The position numbers and the translations under genes are program-made. A model generated the notes under the pieces. It did not search any database. It worked only from the letters and a program-made list of their open reading frames with translations, and had not been told where the DNA came from. From the NCBI GenBank assembly GCA_000165345.1, contig CM000430.1, positions 384,001-448,000 on the forward strand: DNA of 64,000 bases. Direction: 5' to 3'. Positions 60,517 through 64,000 of this stretch are shown in pieces. Every line of letters starts with the position of its first letter. Positions within the stretch are counted from its first letter, which is position 1.

Positions 60517-61056
60517 TCCATTATAATTGTTTCCATATAAATCTAAAAGTTATTTCAGAACCTTTAAGGATCGAAATTAACTAACTTGAACAATTTACTT
60601 GCATTCAAGTATAGCTTGACCGCCTTAAAGAACAACATAAAACATCGTCACGTTCGCCGCCATCATTGTCCAACAACACATCTGAAGAAGAATACAAATA
60701 GAAACAAAGAGAATATTAAAAATTCATTTGAATAACAAAAAGAATTATTAAAATACCTAAGGCGATTAAGTTAATATTCTATTTCAAATAAAGATCCAAG
60801 TACGGAAGTTTGTGCTTGAATGCATCGCAAACTCTAGCAGATCAAAGTTCAGAATGCAAGTTTATAACAACAAATCCGTAAATTATTAATAGTAGAATAT
60901 ATACGAAACTCCCAAGTGGCTCAAAAACTGCCTATGCTTAACCGATAAGATTGAATTCTGAGGGCATTTAAGCGTAAAAACAGTCAAAAGTTACCTTTTT
61001 TTTTATCCTTGGAGTTAAAGTAGGGTATCAGTAGCTTAAAATATGTCAAACACAAG

Positions 61057-61347
61057 TTACTTATGAGCTGCCATATTCAATGGTCTTGCTACAGTTCCCT
61101 CTCTAAATCCATTCTTAAAGCGTCTAGCCATGGTCTTGAGATGCCTCATTCTACCAGTTCCAGTTGTTCTACGTCTCTTCGCCTTTTGACCCCAGTTGTA
61201 TGACCTCATTTTCGCTGATGGATAACCACATGAAGCACATCGTTTCTTTTGAACCATATAGGATCTTTGGCCGCAACGTCGGCATAGGAAATGAGTCTTG
61301 CCATGGTGCTTACCACGACTACCTGTACCTTTTCCTGCCTTACCCAT
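61057..61347 (-). CDS. RPL37: 60S ribosomal protein L37e
   Basis: [71 protein letters not shown]... matches L37e: C4 zinc ribbon CRRCG...CASCG and the conserved [18 protein letters not shown]. Confidence 0.9.
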   Translation of the reverse strand: MGKAGKGTGSRGKHHGKTHFLCRRCGQRSYMVQKKRCASCGYPSAKMRSYNWGQKAKRRRTTGTGRMRHLKTMARRFKNGFREGTVARPLNMAAHK

Positions 61348-61693
61348 GTTTCTTGAACTACTCTAACTTAGTGTATTACACAGTCTTACTCTTAAGAATG
61401 AGGAAGTTTTGTACAGATGTTACTTTTATTCGATTTAGTAATTCGGCAGAGAAAACTGTCTTATTAATTTAAGGCCCACGTCTATGATGAAGACAAATAA
61501 TGGTAACGTAATATACATTAAATCGCGCTTTTAACTTATTTTTAGTTTACATTCATCTGAATAATAAGACAGGACAAAATGGGCGTGTCAATTGCTATCA
61601 ATTTAATCAATTACTTAGAAAAAAATCGTACACGTCTTCTAAGCGGGGAAAAAGCTGTTAAAAAAATTAAAAAATTATTAGGACTTAGACTAC

Positions 61694-62905
61694 CTAAACT
61701 TGAATAATACGCGTAAGTCTCTGCAATCTATTTAGCAATAAGTCACCTTTTTGAACGAGCTCGTTATATTGATTTATTTTTTTGTCATTTCTACTACAGA
61801 TTATTACTTGCTTAACTTTGTCAATTGTACATGAGAGTTTTGAAGAAGATATGAAAGTTACAATATCTTTTTCTAGAAACTCTTGAGTAATTCCAAAAGA
61901 TTCTGCCATACTCAAAATAGAAACGGATTCGTATGGCTCAAGATACTGTATGTATGCCTTAGACCTGACTATTCTCAAATAATACTTGTGGTGGCGATTA
62001 AAATAATAGTCCTTCTGTAGTATATAAGTGATGTTGACTAACCTTTCGAAGAATTGGCTATACCTTCCGTAGTAGAAACTCTCGATGAATTCAAGTAAAA
62101 ACTTGTTATCTGGTTGTAGCGCAATTTTTAATATATCAGGACTAGTTAGTAGCTTTGACTTAATGGTTCTCCTGTCTATGGAAATTATCGACGAAACTAT
62201 TGTATAAAATATTAGACGATCGAATGAAATTAGTTCAGCTGCTGTGAATGTAGTTAGCGAATCCAGAAATAGTTCTGAAGCGGCAGAGAAATTTCTAGTT
62301 ATAAGATAATATATTGCCTTATAGACTTTAAATCTATTTTTCCTTTCCCAGTCACTAGTAGTTTTGAAAAGGTCCTCTGCTCTCTTAATGTACTTGCTAA
62401 TTAGATTCAGATCATTCCAAAAAAAACCTGTTCTAATTCCAAGAAAAAGCAGTTCTAACTTGAATCCGCCTATTGTTTTCTCAATAGCGACTTCTAATTC
62501 TTGTAAACTCTTTTCTTTTGAACCAATTCTAGAATAAAATACTAATTTTTTATAGTGGCAGTTTCTTACTTCTACATCACCGTAGTTTTCTCTTGCATCT
62601 TTGATTTTTTCATTAATCTCATTTAATTCACTATTATTATCTTCTATTAATACATCCAAAAACTTTTCGTCATTATCTAGAATCTTAATATCTTTACTGA
62701 GAATTTTGAATAGTGGGGCCATACTATTTTTTTTAATATATGAAAGAATTTCATTTTTCATTGATTCCTTCTCACCAAATTTACAATATTTTGAATCCAG
62801 CTGGCAAATTTTTTCTGAAAGCTTTAGATCTGGGACTGATTGTAGCAACTCCTCGGGGTTCATAGATAAGTCCAACACTTCTTTTAACTTGTTTCCAATA
62901 CCCAT
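61694..62905 (-). CDS. RPN7: 26S proteasome regulatory subunit Rpn7 / PSMD6 (PCI domain)
   Basis: NSMAPLFKIL, DWERKNRFKVYKAIYYLITRNFSAASELFLDSLTTFTAAELISFDRLIFYTIVSSIISIDR and GDLLLNRLQRLTRIIQV align closely with PSMD6/Rpn7. Confidence 0.85.
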   Translation of the reverse strand: MGIGNKLKEVLDLSMNPEELLQSVPDLKLSEKICQLDSKYCKFGEKESMKNEILSYIKKNSMAPLFKILSKDIKILDNDEKFLDVLIEDNNSELNEINEKIKDARENYGDVEVRNCHYKKLVFYSRIGSKEKSLQELEVAIEKTIGGFKLELLFLGIRTGFFWNDLNLISKYIKRAEDLFKTTSDWERKNRFKVYKAIYYLITRNFSAASELFLDSLTTFTAAELISFDRLIFYTIVSSIISIDRRTIKSKLLTSPDILKIALQPDNKFLLEFIESFYYGRYSQFFERLVNITYILQKDYYFNRHHKYYLRIVRSKAYIQYLEPYESVSILSMAESFGITQEFLEKDIVTFISSSKLSCTIDKVKQVIICSRNDKKINQYNELVQKGDLLLNRLQRLTRIIQV

Positions 62906-63019
62906 ATCGATTCTTCAAATTAACGACATACAAATTCCAGTGTATGATCTAATACTGAGTTTTTTTCTTTTATAAAACTTATGAGTAATAAACCAATCCT
63001 ACCCCTCAGAATTAATCAT

Positions 63020-63041
63020 TTGGCGGCATGCAGAAGCGGCT
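63020..63041. promoter_or_regulatory. TTTGGCGGCATGCAGAAGCGGC element in the divergent Rpn7 / downstream-gene promoter
   Basis: E2F-like TTTGGCGG fused to GCATGC. It lies between the Rpn7 start (62905, minus) and ATG 63336 (plus). Confidence 0.35.
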
Positions 63042-63335
63042 ATTTTTTTAAATTTTTTTTATTTTACTAATTTCACCTTGAAAATTACAACACATTTACT
63101 TTGATAAATATAGGGCAATTTGATTGTTTGTTCCAAATACAGCAGATGATCGATTATTGCCATTTGTTGAATTTCGTATCTTTTTATTGTTAGCTTGACA
63201 AATAATGATATACTTCGTATTTATTAATCAGATTGGTAAATTATTTGACTTATATATATCTTATTAAGGAATTTAAAAATTTGATTATTCTTAGATCCCC
63301 ATCCCAAATTATTTGATGATACACATCTTTTGAGA

Positions 63336-64000
63336 ATGAACAAAACGATTTCTTCTGACAACCTTAAGGATGCAGTTAGAAAGTGGCATGCAAAGAGAAA
63401 AAAAGACTCAAATAACCAAGCAAATAGTGAAAACACGGGATCAGAACCTGAAGGTATATTTGGTACAAAGAAGCATGATGTTAGACACATTTCTGCATGG
63501 AGCCACAATAATTTTGTTGAATCAAACCAATTATCTCACTTCACAAATGAGCAAAAAAGACCAAGACCGACTGTAATAGAGAACAACATTAAATATATAT
63601 TTGATGGGCCTTTGTCTTTTGATACTATAATGGCATTGAAAAGGAAAAAATCAAATGTGATTTTTAGCAATAATGAAAAAATCCTCAATAACCCCAATAT
63701 TGAACAAAATGATTCTAAAAGCGCAATAAATCAATGCTACACACATCAAACAAATAACTCTCAGGTAATGGACAATTTTAAAGATGAAATTAATATTATA
63801 TACTCAAAGTCTATAAGCGCTGTTCAAAATTTTTTCAAGATCAGTTCAATGTCTGAGGTAATAAATTTACTAGAATACATTTTAAACTTTTTATCATTCA
63901 GCACTCAAGAGTTGATCAGTAGATATAATAAAAAAGCTTATTTTGACAGGCATGAGAAGTCACTAGGCATTTGCATTAATTTTATTTTAAACAAATCTAA
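63336..64000 (+). CDS. Hypothetical protein, 3' end outside the window
   Basis: ATG at 63336 opens a frame with no stop for 221 codons up to the window edge (MNKTISSDNLKDAVRKWHAKRKKDSNNQ...). The ORF track misses it because it has no stop. The ORFs 63224-63508(-) and 63370-63576(+) are shorter and in other frames. Confidence 0.5.
   Translation, partial: MNKTISSDNLKDAVRKWHAKRKKDSNNQANSENTGSEPEGIFGTKKHDVRHISAWSHNNFVESNQLSHFTNEQKRPRPTVIENNIKYIFDGPLSFDTIMALKRKKSNVIFSNNEKILNNPNIEQNDSKSAINQCYTHQTNNSQVMDNFKDEINIIYSKSISAVQNFFKISSMSEVINLLEYILNFLSFSTQELISRYNKKAYFDRHEKSLGICINFILNKS

Overview
This is a gene-dense, AT-rich (roughly 70% AT) eukaryotic nuclear window that uses the standard genetic code. 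It holds about 40 protein-coding genes on both strands, most of them single-exon. A minority carry very small GT-AG introns of 40-49 nt, plus one of 68 nt. Recognisable products include RACK1, a CDK-like kinase, UDP-xylose synthase, a MORN-repeat protein, Rab6, a PIAS/Siz SUMO E3 ligase, an ERK7/MAPK15-like kinase, Gos1/GOSR1 SNARE, proteasome alpha-1, TFIIH p52, eRF3, Fes1/HspBP1, Dis3/Rrp44, an HMG-box protein, a 1426-aa double-domain PPi-phosphofructokinase, EMC1, Nog2, a DHHC palmitoyltransferase, RPL37e and Rpn7. The fused double PPi-PFK, the MORN protein, the recurrent TGCATGCA and GGCGCC/GCCGCCAT promoter motifs and the compact architecture point to an apicomplexan genome, most like Cryptosporidium; this is inference, not a database hit. 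No rRNA, tRNA, transposon, CRISPR or clearly prokaryotic system was found. The ORF track labels TTG/GTG codons as M, so starts were re-derived to ATG where possible. My hand-counted splice coordinates may be off by 1-2 nt. Noteworthy items: a nine-exon CDK gene among intronless neighbours; unannotated 5' exons of Fes1 and other genes recovered from the intron size class; two tandem paralog pairs (EF-hand four-TM proteins of contrasting GC content, and small secreted proteins); recurrent cis-motifs; a degenerate second PFK domain; a CENP-C-cupin-like mini-protein; a possible polycystin-like giant membrane protein; and a block of interspersed N bases that hides the 3' end of a 990-aa gene.
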